From: the human T2T-CHM13v2.0 reference genome, Homo sapiens
Strand: one strand, 5' to 3'
Length of the DNA: 64,000 bases
NCBI RefSeq assembly: GCF_009914755.1
Contig: NC_060929.1
Shown piece by piece: positions 13,731 through 27,590 of this stretch (positions are counted from its first letter, which is position 1; every line of letters begins with the position of its first letter). The notes beneath the pieces were generated by a model. That model saw only the letters and a list, made by a program, of their open reading frames with translations. It searched no databases and had not been told where the DNA came from. A program made the position numbers and the translations under genes.

Positions 13731-13961
13731 TATTACCAATAATAAAACCCACTCCATGCATATGTGTGGGTAGATGGAGACTCTTGCCTGAGTGACAGTC
13801 CCTGGAATGGTACAAAGAGATGTTCACTTGTATGAGAAAGAAACATCCTTTCTTGAGTCTGCCTCTCTTGCTTTGTGGAGGAAGTGCCAGAATTTGATTA
13901 TTCCTTTTCTTCCTGACTTCTTTCAGAAATGGAACAGGCCAATGGGTTCTAGGAATGTAAT

Positions 13962-14585
13962 TTTTTAAAACATTCTAAGCTTTAGGGGTACAAATGGTTT
14001 TTGGTTACATGGATGAACTGTTCCAGTGGTGAAATCTGGGCTCTTAGTGGACCCATCACCCAAATAATGCCCATTATAACCAGTAGTTTTTAATCCCAGA
14101 CCCTCTCTCCCAGCCTGTCCCATCTGAGTCTCTAATGTCCATGATACCACTCTGTATGTCTTTTCGTATCCTTCGCTTAGCTCCCACTTACAAGTGAGAA
14201 CATGCAGTATTTGGTTTTCCATTCCAGAGTTACTTCACTTAGAATAATGGCCTCCAGTTCCATCCAAATTCCTACAAAAGACATTACTTTGTTCTTTTTT
14301 TTGTGACTGAATAGTATTCCACGGTATAGGTATATCACATTTTCTTTATCCACTCATCAGTTGATGGGCACTTAGGTGGATTCCATATCTTTGCAATTGT
14401 GAATTGTGCTGTGCTAAAAATACACATGCAGGTGTCTTTGATATGGTGACTTCTTTTCCTTTGGGTAGATACCTGGTAGTGGGATTGCTGGATTGAATGG
14501 CAGTTCTTTGAAAAATCTCCACACTGTTTTCCATAGAGATTGTACTAATTTACATTTCCACCAGCAGTGTTCAAGCGTTCTGTTT
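13962..14585 (-). mobile_element. L1PB-type LINE-1 3' end, 5'-truncated
   Basis: ttaggggtacaaatggtttttggttacatggatgaa...gctcccacttacaagtgagaacatgcagtatttgg. Translates to an ORF2 C-terminal remnant ([19 protein letters not shown]). Confidence 0.85.
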
Positions 14586-15804
14586 TGGGAATTTTGAATG
14601 AGCAAAACAAAGGAGTAAAAAAAGTTTTCTGTAATCTCTTCTGAAATCACTCAAGTAATGAAGCAAGATAGAGAAATGAGCAAGGGAGGTAATGGCACTG
14701 CGCCCATGGAGAGGGGCCGACGGAAAATGACTCATAAGCATGGTTGGGACTGTCCTTGGGAAGAAGTTGGGAGACTCTAAGACATATAATTAATAGAAGT
14801 GACTTTAAAAACAGGATAATATGCATTCACATTCCAGTTCTACCACTCACCATGTGTAGTTCAGCAAGTTACTTAAATTCTCTGTAAAATACAAAATGGA
14901 AATAAAAATAATATCATTCTCACTGGGATGAGGTAATGTATATAAAGTGTTTGGCAAATATTTTTGTTTTATCATAGTTTTCTATTTTTAATAGCTAAGA
15001 ACCAGAAATTTCTCCTTTGGAAACCTGTTTAGTTCTATTTCTTAAAGTTATTATCTTATTGCACTATTTGGCATAGACTAATATTCGTTTTGAAAATATA
15101 ATTCTGATGTTTTTTCACACTAACATCATAAGAAAAAGGATTTTGGTCCAAATAGAGACACAATTTTAAATGGAGGAAGAAGCAGAGTCCATCTGGTTTT
15201 GAGCACAGAAATGGCAGCAGATAACAAAGGGAGAATTCTCCAAGGGAAGGGAGAATTCTGGACGGTTGAGTCAAGGCTGTTAGAACAGTCATGCCTCTTC
15301 TAGTAATTATGGGGCTGGTGTACCTTCCTTTTAAAACCTTGGAAATATTTATAGTTTGATTAACTAAATAAATTGTTGCCCAACTTCTTTTCTGTTTCTG
15401 TTCTATGTTCTATTTTCTTTGCTCCACAAATAATTATAAAATGACTACTTTGAATAATGACAGTTCTTGGCATTGGAAGAAACAGAGAGGGCTATGATGT
15501 CTGTCCCGAAATAACTACAACCCAAGGTGGCAAGCAATAAGAAACTGAAGAAAAAAGGTCAAGAATAATACTTCAGAGTTTCATAAGGAAAGGTGACCCA
15601 GAGCTAGAATTTGAATTACAGAAGTATTCTAATAAGTAATTCATGAAAATCAAATTTTAGAAAGAGACAGTGATGTGGAGAGAACTCAAAGGCTCAAGTA
15701 TAGCCTGTTTCCAAAGACTATTAAGTAGCTTAGTTTGGAGGGGTCGGTTCTTAGGAATGATTCTGTAATTAATCTTTTATTAAAATATTAATTCATTTAA
15801 GAAC

Positions 15805-16040
15805 ATTGGCATTAGAGTGTGGACCTCCTTGTTTCAATCCAGCTTTATTTCTTAACTAGCTTGTGTGACATGTGGTAAGATAAATAATGTCTCTGTGCCT
15901 CAGTTTCTACATCTGTAAAATGGAATCATAATTTAGTTAACTCTTAAAGTATCTGGGAGGATTAGATTAGGTAATCAATGTAACACAGGGCCTGGCACAT
16001 TGTACGCCCTCAATAACTCTAAGTAGGTATTATTATTATT
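15805..16040 (+). mobile_element. MIR SINE
   Basis: ctctgtgcctcagtttctacatctgtaaaatggaatcataat...cctggcacattgtacgccctcaataa...tattattatt. Confidence 0.85.
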
Positions 16041-16047
16041 AAGATGA

Positions 16048-16405
<358 letters not shown>

Positions 16406-16967
16406 AAGGTTTGTTTTAAGTTACACATCAATTTCATGAAACTTGGACTATAGAAGCTTTACTCAGAAGACATAACAGTGAAGGGATTCTTTTAGGATAT
16501 ATATCCTTTTAAAGATAAAAGTTGAACCTGCATTTCTTTGTAAAAAGCACATGTGATATTGCTGCTTCTATATCTGTTGTACTGTAAACCCACAGAACAT
16601 AAATGTGCTTCGTGATATGATGTTGAAAAGTAAGGCACTAGTACCGCTGTGCCCATTTAAACTCAGCCAGCCTTCTACACTCTTCCTCATTTGGGTTATT
16701 CTGGTGATTCTTCCAAGCCTGACTAAATAGTCTTTCTTTTGATTTAGTGTTTCTGGTAAACTTAATCACCAGACTTTTCTTTTAAATTATATTTAATTAG
16801 CATACTGTATCCTAAGCAAGAAATTCAAAATAAAATTAGTTATTTTAATATTTATAATTGTTTATTAAAATACGAGTTAATATTTTTGCATCTGTGCTGT
16901 ACTTCCCAGTTAAGCAAGTGGTAGAGCATTAGGTTCAAGAGCTTGATTTTAATCCTGGCTCTGGCAC

Positions 16968-17070
16968 ACGGGACTATGGTGCTCCATGCTTACAGGGGAC
17001 ACCATGCACATGGACTGTGATAAGGATGGTGCCAACTAGAGTTGCATATTATGACAGGTCTTACTATGGC
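16968..17070. mobile_element. MER91-like hAT-Tip100 MITE remnant
   Basis: ggggacaccatgcacatggactgtgataaggatggtgccaactagagttg resembles the MER91A core (GGGGCGCCATTCACAT...ATGTGAATGGTGCCCCCTGGAGTTG). Confidence 0.5.
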
Positions 17071-17729
17071 AGTTTTCTTCAAACCAAAAGCAAAGTCTGC
17101 TTCTAAATTGAGTGATTTTTCCACAGTTACAGTTAATTACTTCAAAATTGTGATATTTATTTACTTAATTAAATGGTGCTGTTTTCTGTCGTGTGAACAT
17201 ATATAGAAACTAGAATTTAAAGCTTAAGTACCAAAACAGCTGAATGGCTGCTTCACCCACTTTGGCCATGAAAAGTTAGGTGGGAATGTGCTATTATCCT
17301 CACATTCCTGAAGGCTGAGAAGCCCTAGGCAGGTTGACTTGGTTAGACAAGTCACTTTGAATGCAGCTTTCTCCTGATGACACCAGATGAAACAATAGAA
17401 GCACTGACTATTATAATTTTTCTCCCTTACAGAATAATGTGAAAGTACAGATGGGGAAACTATTTTCTTAGTCATTAGATTTGTTAATGGAAGGCATTAG
17501 TACTCTACGGGTTAAAATGATGCATTTATTGCTGAGTGTTATTTTGAAAGATTCTTATAAGTGCAGTGAAATAATTTGTAATGTTTAGTAATGATGGGAA
17601 CAAACTGACTCAAGAGTGAGAGATATAAGGAGTCAAGAAAAAAATAATGTGTGGTCTCTTGGACAGGTCAACTTTGTTTTAGAATGATTTCTTCACAAAA
17701 ATTTCAATTTTGCGTTTTCCATTAATTAA

Positions 17730-17969
17730 GATTTCTCATTTGCCCCGAGAATACTCTTGTCTCTAATCCTAATGTAACACAAATGCATATGATGTTACAT
17801 TAGGATTAGAGACAAGTTCTGTTTAGAAATAACTCCAAGAACAGTTTTTATATTTTATTTTCACGTTGAAAATCAGTCAGATTTTCTTCAGCTTCAAAGA
17901 GCGTGTTTATGTAAAATTAAGTGAGCGCTGGCAGTGAGCTGCAGTTTATTTTCCTAAGCCGGAAATGAG
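17730..17969 (+). mobile_element. MER75B piggyBac-family MITE
   Basis: TTAA on both sides (17726-17729, 17970-17973). Body tttgccccgagaatactc...gttctgtttagaaataactccaagaacag...gagcgctggcagtgagctgca, with an internal 24-bp inverted repeat. Confidence 0.88.
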
Positions 17970-17996
17970 TTAATATCATCATCACTTTGAATACTA

Positions 17997-18795
17997 CAGT
18001 AATGCTTCACTTAACAATGGAGATGCATTCTGAGAAATGTGTCGTTGAACGATATCATGCTTGCGCACTTACACAAACCTGGATGGCACAGCCTACTACA
18101 ACACCTAGGCTGTATGGTATAGCCTATTGCTCCTAGGCTACAAACCTGTACAGCATGTTGCTATCTTAAATACTGTAGGCAACTGTAACACAGTGGTAAG
18201 TATTTGTGCCTGTAACCATAGAAAAAGTACAGTAAAAATATTATATAAAAGATGAAGAGTGATACACCTATATAGGACACCTACCATGAGTAGAGCTTGC
18301 AAGACAGGATGTTGCTCTCAGTGAGTCAGTGAATGAATGGTGAGGGAATATGAAGGCCTAGGACATTATTGTATGCTATTGTAGACTTTACAGATGCTGT
18401 ACACTTTGGCTACACTGTTTATAAAAATACTTTTTCTTCAATAATAAGTTAACCTTAGTTTACTGTAACTTTTTTTTGTAAATTTAAAAAATTTTTAAAC
18501 TTTTTGACTCTTGTAATAATGCTTAGCTTAAAACACAAACACATTGTACAACTGTAGAAAAATAATTTCTTTCTTTATATCACTATTTTAAAAGCTTTTT
18601 TTCTATTTTTAAATGAAACTTTTAAAAATTCTTAAACTTTATTAAAAACTAAGATATAAACACACACATTAGCCTAGTCCTACACAGGGTCAGGATCATC
18701 AAGATATCACCAGTGATAGGAATTTTTCAGTTCCGTTTTAAGCTTATAGGACCACTGTCATCACTGACCAAAAGTTATTATATGGTGCACAACTG
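17997..18795 (+). mobile_element. Tigger3-family (TcMar) internally deleted DNA transposon
   Basis: TA-flanked (17995-96, 18796-97). Degenerate TIRs cagtaatgcttcacttaac / gttattatatggtgcacaactg. Body cctaggctgtatggtatagcctattgctcctaggctacaaacctgtacagcatg. Confidence 0.88.
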
Positions 18796-19234
18796 TATTT
18801 TAATAACTCTTTTATGGGATTAAATTTTATTAAGTACCAATCATATGGCCTGCACCCTTCTAGGAGTTGGGGGCAGAATGTGGGATGAAACAAACAATTC
18901 ATGTCCTGCCATAAGCAGGGAAGACAAATAATTAAACAAATGACTTAAAGTAAACAAAGAGTGCAGGGGGATCATCTTACAGGGAGAGCTTTCGTTGTCT
19001 AGAGGGTCAGGGAGGGCCTTGCTTGCAGAAGTCATGTGCAAGTTGATAGCTGAAAGATAAACAAAAATTAGCTGCATTCTAAGGCAGACCTGGTCTGTGC
19101 ATTAATTAATTAATGAATTGATTTTGTCACTCTTTCTTATGACATATGTATATTGTTTTTCTACTATGAGGCATACCCTATTCCAAGCTCTGAAGACTCG
19201 GAAATGAACAAGAACTCCCTTTCTTTTTAAAAAT

Positions 19235-19734
19235 TATTAATAATTTTGTATTGCTGCTGTAACAAATTACCATAAAATCAGTGATTTAAACAATACAAAA
19301 CTATTATAGCTCTGTAGATCAGAAGTTCAACACAGATCTCTCAAAGGGCTAAGATTAAGATATCAGCAGGGTACCTTCTTTTCTGGAGCCTCTGGGGGGA
19401 GAATCCGTTTCCACATTCTAGAAGTGATCCACTTTCCTTGACTCATGGCCCCTTTCTCCAGCTTCAAAGGCAGTAACATTAAAATAAGTTTTTTACATTT
19501 GTCCTTCTTTGGCTCTCTCTATTCTGCCTCCCTCTTCCACTTTTAGGAACCCCTGTGTTTACCCTGGGCCCATCTGGTTAATCCAGGATAATCTTCCTTT
19601 TTAAAGGTCAGCTAACTAACAAACTTAATTTCATTCTCAACCTTAATTCTCTTTGCTATGTAACCTAACATATTCCTAGGTTCCAGGGATGAAGCCATGG
19701 ACATCTTTGATGGGCCATTATTCTGCCTAATACA
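19235..19734 (-). mobile_element. MLT1D-like solo LTR
   Basis: ttgctgctgtaacaaattaccataaa...ttctggagcctctggggggagaatccgtttcc...taatccaggataatct...gggccattattctgcctaataca. Confidence 0.85.
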
Positions 19735-20203
19735 GAGATGTTTAAGGGCTGATGAATAAAGTTACACTAAACGGAAAAGTGGGCCTTCGGAATTTGCTTG
19801 TCCATTGTATCAATATTTGTTGAATGCTTACAAGATGTCAGGAATTGTAGGTGACACAGATTCAATAGAAAACATGGCAGACTGGTCTGTCTTCATTGAG
19901 ATTACAGTATAGTGTATTATAGGTTATAATACACTTTTAAAAATTCCTGTTAAAATGAAACAACATAGTAATATGACTGACCATTATATTGGCTCAGCAC
20001 CCAATATGGAGCTGCTTTAGCTTTCACAGTTAGGTTTGACAAGAATGACTCAATTCATATAATCAACTTTCGCATCTGTAATTATTTCCCATTTTTTATT
20101 ATGAAGTTTGCATTTACTCTCTCTAGGTTGGTTTTCTTGTTGATTTTTCTCTTGCCTTCCTCAAATTTTGCCAGATGTCTGTCTAGCAGAAATGCCTTTG
20201 GTT

Positions 20204-20295
20204 TGAGAAATAAAAATAAAATTCTAGGCTCCCCAACTAACTGAATAGACCATCTCTTAGCCATGGAGACCCCAGAGAAACCTTAAAAAATGAGA
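20204..20295 (+). mobile_element. ERV1 (MER4-group/LOR1-like) LTR 5' fragment
   Basis: tgagaaataaaaataaaattctaggctccccaactaactgaatagacc...gaccccagagaaaccttaaaaaatgag. Confidence 0.55.
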
Positions 20296-21017
20296 AGAAT
20301 TCCCTTTCTAAAACAAGAATACAAATAAGCAAGTAAAGAAATATATAAGGTAATTTCAGGTTATGGTAAGGAATAAAAAGGAGAATGAAAAGGAGGAGGA
20401 GGAGAAAATTACAACAGAAAGATTTGTTATGGGAAGATGATCTGGAAGGTCTGTCTGAGGAGATGGCATTGTAGATGACCCTCAAATTAAGCAGAATCTG
20501 CCATGCAAAGAGCTTTTTAAAGTTATTCTCAGTATTTAGTGCACCTTCCTTTCATTATCCACAAAGCTTCAGTAAATTCTAGTCAAAAAAAAAAAAAGCT
20601 TTTGTTCAGGGATGTTTTGAGTAGGAAAGACAAGCCAATTTAAGGAATCCACCTTCTCCAGCTGATGCCAGAAAAGAATGGTAGTGGTGATCTTTGGACA
20701 ATAACTGTGTCCAAGCAAGGAATGATTTCCCTGGGTCATTGGAAATAGAGACTTTGGCTTGATAAAATGTTGAGGGTGAAAGAACCACAAGATCCATTTC
20801 CTAACTATATAAATAGCAGTAGTGGGGGAAATCTCGGAAATACCTGGCTGATTTTTGACCAGAGAATCATTAGTCCCTTTATAATTTGTTTGTAAAAAGG
20901 AACTATAACCTCGCTTTGTTGTTACATCCTGGTGAAGCCTGACATATGTGGCCTATATTTAACTATGGACATTTTTATTGAACATTCAATAAAATGTTCA
21001 TTCATTGTTTTACTTTT

Positions 21018-21150
21018 ATGTATTTATTTATTTATTTTTAGAGATGGGGTTCTCAGTATGTTGATCAGTTTGGTCTCAAACTCTTGGCCTAAAGTGATCC
21101 TTCCATCTTGGCCTCCCAAAGTGCTGGATTACTGGCATGAGCCACTACAT
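21018..21150 (-). mobile_element. FLAM/AluJ left monomer
   Basis: (ttta)n tail plus gagatgggg...ggtctcaaactcttggcctaaagtgatcc...gcctcccaaagtgctgg...gagccac. Monomer only. Confidence 0.85.
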
Positions 21151-21174
21151 ACATTCAAAGACAACTTATGCAAT

Positions 21175-21390
21175 AATCATAGCTAAAATGTATTGAGCAT
21201 GAACTATGTGTCACCCTCTAATCTAAGTTCTTATATATGTTAATTCATGTAATACTTATAACATCTCTGTGAGTAGCTACTATTGCATTTTGTATTTTAT
21301 ATATGGTGCAGAGTTTGCCTGACTTCACAGAGTTGGTAAGTAGATGTTCTAAGAGTCAAGCGCAGGCAGTTCAGAACCAGGGCACTTAAC
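21175..21390 (-). mobile_element. MIR SINE
   Basis: aatcatagctaaaatgtattgagcatgaactatgtg...ttaattcatgtaatacttataaca. Confidence 0.65.
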
Positions 21391-21506
21391 TAATTTTTTA
21401 GCCTTTCCCTTATATATCACATTGACTATCAGCTGCAAGGTAAGCTCCCCACATCAGCTATTAGCTAAGCATAAATGTGCTATTCTTTAAATGGTGAGGA
21501 GTGAAT

Positions 21507-21519
21507 TGTGTGTGTGTGT

Positions 21520-21567
<48 letters not shown>
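21507..21567. repeat. Compound microsatellite (TG)7-AC-(AG)~22
   Basis: Read directly from the sequence. Confidence 0.95.
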
Positions 21568-21570
<3 letters not shown>

Positions 21571-23116
21571 ACCCCTCTTAAAACAATTCCTAATAAGGAA
21601 AAAATAAAATAATAATTTCATTAGTAATGAAAATAGTTAAGGTAAATCTGACTTAACCAAAATCCTGTAGTCACTATCTATCTTTTAATTTTCTGTAACA
21701 GTGGCATATAAGTTTAAAACCTCCGATTTAGGCTTTGAGAAGTAGAAAGGAGTCTGCCAATTGTTTATCTCCTCTTATTTCCCAGTTACTAATCCAGATG
21801 TGGTCCTTATTTCTTCTAAGTGTCGAGGCAAAACAAACAAAATGGTATGTTTAATCTTATTTAACAACTGTGAAAACTGAGCTGAGAGAAGTTTAGCAAC
21901 TTGGGTCTGTCTTATGCCTAAGTATATGATCTTTATGGTACTACTCTCTAGGGATAATTTAGAAAAAAAATGAATGCAAACATGAAGCCATTGTCTGGCC
22001 TATCCTTCAGCCATAGACATGTGATGCAGAGATAGACTTTTACATAAAGAATAAATAAAGAAAGCTTTTAATTATAGACCACATAAGGCATATTTTAACC
22101 TACAGAAGTCTGTATGACCCACTACCAAAATACACTTTATGGAAGAAGTGAGGATCCTTACTAGTAATACATTGAGAATGTTGGAGTATCCTTACTTCTT
22201 CCACTAGTACCAAGAATATATATATGTACATATATACATAGACACATAAAAAAATACATGAATATAGGTATATATATTCATGTATGTGTGTGTGTACACA
22301 CATGAAAGGATAATGAATATTCTTTTGTTGCATGAAAAAAACATACATTCTAAATAGGGCCATTATTCTTATCATAAAATATTAAAAAGATAAAAGATAA
22401 TCACCTAGATTAATTTACATTATATTTAGTATATTTATGATTATTATTTTTAGAGAGGAGTAATTCAACTTTTTTCTTGCATTATATTTTTAATATTTTG
22501 GTTTTTTGACATAAAGTCATCCATGTTTCAAAAACTCATACTCTTTTAAATGACCATTTTATAATTATAATCTCACAACAATAACATAAAGTTTATGCTA
22601 CTGCTTTTTTCTTGATTTCTTGATTTGGTTTATATTAGTAATAAACTGGACTTGATTAATATAAATGTGCACATAATTTCTAAATTGGATATAACAACTT
22701 TTAGATAATGGGTTTTCTTCTCTTTACTTTCTTTTGGAATAGTTTTATTTCTTGCTCTAAGTAATTTTACTAGATTCTATAAATTCTGGTATATAAAATT
22801 TAATCTTTAATTATTCTGAATATTTTTATTCTGCTTTTGTCAGAAACTTCCGTTTCATCTGCAATAGATTCATTTTGTTGTGTTAATATAAAACGTATAT
22901 TGTTTCTGACCATTCTTTTAATATATATAATGTGTTTTGCTTTACACATTTCTTTGTTTCATAATGGTTTTGTATCTTTTAATTATAACTTTAATTATTA
23001 TAAAGTAAGCCTCTGAAACTTGCTTAATATTTTTTGCTTAATTTCTTCTTTGAGGTTGACATTGGCAGCTCTGTTTTTTTTATTTAAACTATCTTTAGCC
23101 TTTTAGATTAATTAAC

Positions 23117-23412
23117 TTTTTTCTTTTTTTACACAGAGTCTTGCTCTGTCACCTAGGCTGGGTGAAGTGGCATGATCTTGACTCACTGCAACCTCTGCCT
23201 CCCGGGTTCAAGTGATTCTTGTGCCTCAGCCTCCCGAGGAACTGGGACTGTAGATGAGTGCCACCATGCCTGGCTAATTTTTTTGTATTTTTAGTAGAGA
23301 TGGGGTTTTGCCATGTTGGCCAAGCTGGTCTCAAACTCCTGAGCCCAAGTAATTCATCTGCCTCTACCTCCCAAAGTGCTAGGATTACAGGTGTGAGTCA
23401 CCACACCTAGAC
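23117..23412 (-). mobile_element. Alu (old; AluJb/Sz-like), full length
   Basis: T-rich tail plus both monomers, heavily CpG-decayed. Confidence 0.92.
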
Positions 23413-24061
23413 AATTTGTTTTAAAAATGTCTTTTAAAAGGTGTGTTGCTAAATTTCTTTTAAGATAGAGTCAGAAACTTCTTGCTTTTTATTGTGAAAA
23501 TTTACACCATTTATATTTATTGAATAATTTTCATAATTTGATTTCTGATCTTTTTGTATATCTTTAAATTTACTCACATGTATTTATTGTTTGTTTTGTT
23601 TATTAGTGCATGGACTGTGTTCTATTTGATTTTATATTCAAAATTATTTACAAAGAGAAAGAGTCTCTCTGCTATCACATTAGTTATTTTCTTATATAAT
23701 TTCAAGCATTATTAGCCATAAAGTTATCTATCTATGCTTATCTACAATGTATTTTTAATTTGTATTCATAAAAAGTTATTATTAAAGACCATTCTTAATG
23801 GTTTTAAAGACAATTTTTTTTGTTTTTTACTTTTTTGTGTTGTTTTGTTTAATTTGAAGAATGAGGCTCTATCTTTGACTCTTTATTTTTTAGTAGTCAT
23901 GACTTAAAATTTCTTCAAAGCATTACATTACTTTGGAATGGTTATTAGCTTCAACTCTTTATGTTTGCAGTTAATGTTTTATTTTATTTTTTCTCTTAAA
24001 TGTTAGTTGGTTTCTTTGGTCATCATCAGATTTTTTTATTGTTAATATTTTGTGTTAGGTC

Positions 24062-24697
24062 TGTATTCGTTTTCTATTACTGCAAAACAAATTGTCACCA
24101 AACAAGACAGCCTTAAAGCAACACAAATATGTTCTTTCACTCAGTTCCTATGGGTCAGGAGTCCAGGACGGGTTATCTTGATACCAAGTTTATGGTCTTA
24201 CCAGGCTGAAGCCAAGACAGCAGTTTATACTAAAATCTCATCCGAGGCTCTGGGTCTTCTACAAGATCACCGGTTGTTGAGAAAATTTACTTTTTTGCAA
24301 CTGTTTAACTGAGGCCTTCAGCTCCTGGAGATTACCTGGTATTTCCTGGGAGGTGACCCTCTTCAAAATATGGCTGTATGCTTCTTCATGATCTGCAGCA
24401 GTGTGTCTGCTATTGCCCCGAAACTTTCTGGCTCTTCTGTCTCTGAACTCTAGACCCTCTTTCTAAGACTCACCTGATTAGATTACATACCAGGGTAATC
24501 TTCCTTTCAATTAACTTTTTCAATACATGAAGGACTTTATACCTGCAAAATTACATTACCTCTGCCATATAACATAACCTCATCTTGGTGGAGTATGCTC
24601 TTATATTTATAGGATCTGCCGCACTCAAGGGGAGGGGACTATACAGGGCACTTGCAATAGAGAATATGGGGGCCATCTTAGAATTCCTCCTGCCACA
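24062..24697 (-). mobile_element. MLT1E-like solo LTR
   Basis: TG...CA ends (tgtattcgttttctattactgc...gggccatcttagaattcctcctgccaca). 5-bp TSD aggtc/cggtc. Confidence 0.82.
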
Positions 24698-27502
24698 CGG
24701 TCTAATTTATATTATACCAATTTCTATGTTCTTTGAAGAAATATTTTAAAGACTTATTTAAGGATTTTTTTTCCTGTATGGATAACTTTTGTGTTGTTTG
24801 AAAAAAATTTTTGACACATTCTTTCTAAAAGTTTTGTACAAGCAATATATATATTGACAAATATAGAAGAAAAATATACTATATAATATTGGTACATTTA
24901 TAATGAAATGGGTGGAATAATATACTATCTGATTCTAATTCTAACATCTGTTGGTATCATTATAAATTAGTACAGCATTATAAAATATGAATTTTCTCTA
25001 AATTGTTGCAAAAATATGCCTTTTGTGTCAATCCGACTCACAAAATTCCACACTAAGAACACGATTGAGGACAACAACAAAAAACATTTCTGTATAAGAG
25101 TTTATTTTCACACTGTATCATAAATTTACAGTAACCTTAAATTACAAAGTTGTAGAAATATTAAGGATCATAAGGTAAGCCCTCTGGATATATATTTTAT
25201 TATAAATATGAATAACATAAGAATATAAAAGATATATGCAATATATATGAAATACAGAACACAAAATTATATATGTACTGTGATTACAACTATGTAAAAT
25301 ATGTAATCAGTTGTGATAGGACTGGAATATTTATGAGAGATTAGAAATGGTTGATATAGCCGGTTGATATATATGTGTAAAATTTGAAACTATTTCATTA
25401 AGGCTACCAAAAGGCTTATACAATGTATAAAACAAAATTAGGTCAGATTCCCAAGTGTCTGGAAAAGGGTAGGTGTAGACCTCTTTGACTTCTGATTCTC
25501 TTTCGTCTGAAATTTGCTGAGCCTTTACTAAGAGAAGGGTGAAATCTTTCTTCTATTGCCACTGATGAGAAATAAGTGAATTATATTGGGAGTAGACAGA
25601 CCCAGCCCTTCCCTCAAGTTAATGACTAATTGGCAAAACCTCCTGATTGGGTGTGACCTAGGGCTGACCCTTGATGACTAGGGTTGGGTTAAATGTAGGA
25701 TGGTCACTTTTCCCTGCTTTTCTATGAGGTTTCAAATGGGAGTACATCATATGAATGAGAAGAAATTATGAGATTTCTTTTAATAAAAATATCAGTATGA
25801 AGGGAGCAGAGAGCATAATTTAGTTATATAGTCAATTCTTTCATCCAATGTGAAAATCCCTTCTAATGCATGTGTGAGAGTGACTACCATCTTGTTTTTG
25901 CTTGTACAACATGGACTTGCTACCACTGAATGTAGCCTATGTTCTTGGCAAGCAGCACACTTATTTGCCAACTGATTGCCCTTTTTATGGAACACATCTT
26001 AAAACATGGTCCTCTGAAACATAATTTGGAAAAGGCTGAACTACACATAATCCTTTGATCCTCATACAAAGAGCCATGTCAAATGAAGAAACTTAGAATG
26101 TGAAAGAGGGATTATGTTTACTTTTCAAGGTCCCAAGGAGATTAAAGTTAGAACAAAAGGCTAAAATTATACTGAATTAGATAACTATCTAAAGAGATGA
26201 TTTTGTTCTTAAGTCTTCTATCACTAGTAGTTCTCAAACATGGATTTGATCGTCGTTTGCTGTAAATATTATAGAGAAGATTCAAGTGTTAGACTGAAGA
26301 TTAGGAGAATTTGGAGAATTTGTGACTTCCAACCCTGGCAGAAGAGCATCAGAATCTTTTGGGAAGATAACTTTAAAAAGAAAGAGCAAAGAAAAGAAGA
26401 AAGAAAGGAAAGAAAGAGATATCTGGGCTTTATCGTAACACTATTAATTCATAAAATCTGAGTTTTGGGCTTAGAAATTTGAATTTTTAATGAGCTGCCT
26501 AGGAGATTTTTATCAACTAGCTCAACAGAGTAGGGAATGAAAATCAATGGGCCAGATTTATTCTTAAGGATAATTGCAGCTATAAAAATCTGTTTCCATA
26601 GTACAAACAAACAACATGGAAAATTAGGCAACTAAGGCATCTAAAGAGGAGATATTGCTTGTTCTCTGGGAATGAGGGAATAGAAACACAGTTTCTGAGA
26701 TTTCCAGTCTGGGGACAATGAGACCAGTCTGTGTTGTTAAAATTCTCATCTTATTCTGAGATAGATGAGAAGAGATGAGAACTAGGGAAGAAGGTGGTGG
26801 CCTAGGAGGGCAGTTTTGGAAACAGTTTTCTCCACCCATGTACAATCCCTTCCTTGCACTCTGTTGTAAAAACCTAAGATTTTGATTGCCTGAATCTGTG
26901 ACTATTGCTTCATGGAGTTTAATGAGGCTCACCCTGTACTAAGAAGCTGTGGGGCTTCTCTGATGGTTGTTAACAGGGAGTGGCTTCTTGGATCATAGCA
27001 ATTTATTTAATCCTTCCCCTGTCAACAAGTGTCTGGCAGGATGTGTCTGCACTTTACATTTCTAGATCTGACAACGCTAGCTGGTTTTGTTCAAACCAAG
27101 AGATTGACTTCAGACAGTGTTCTCCACAAGTAGTCAATTTAAATCTTAGTTCTGCCTAGTGTCATATAAAGATCAAGGAAAAGTGGCAGCTACTTGACAA
27201 AGAGTGCACCTAGTTACTGGTTCTAAAGGTGGCTAAAGGATCTGGATGTTCCTTTCAGTAATGGAAGGCTCTTTCCCCATGAATGAGAAGGATTACTGCT
27301 CCCCAAATTCTGGGCAGCTGAAAGGTAATTGCAAGACCTATTTATCCATTTATTTATCGGTATTTCTGCAGTGCCAACTATGTGCCATTCACTGCACTGG
27401 AAACTGAAGAGAAAACAAATAATGAGTAAAAACTGACAGCCTGGAATTTACAGTCTGGCTAAATTTCTGACTGACTAGGAATTGGCTAGCCCCTCTTCAT
27501 AA

Positions 27503-27590
27503 TCTTCCTCTTCTTCCTCCTCCTCCTTCTCCTTCTCTTTTTGTCCTTGTTCTTGTTCTTCTTCTCCTTCATCATCATCATCATCATCAT
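27503..27590. repeat. Degenerate (CTT/CCT)n followed by (TCA)n simple repeat, at the tail of an antisense MIR
   Basis: Read directly. MIR-like sequence follows at ~27600-27750. Confidence 0.8.

Noticed and set aside
27066-27324. Possible exon (tttctag| ... AAG|gtaatt)
   Set aside because: Stops in all three frames and only moderate signals. It cannot be told apart from background.
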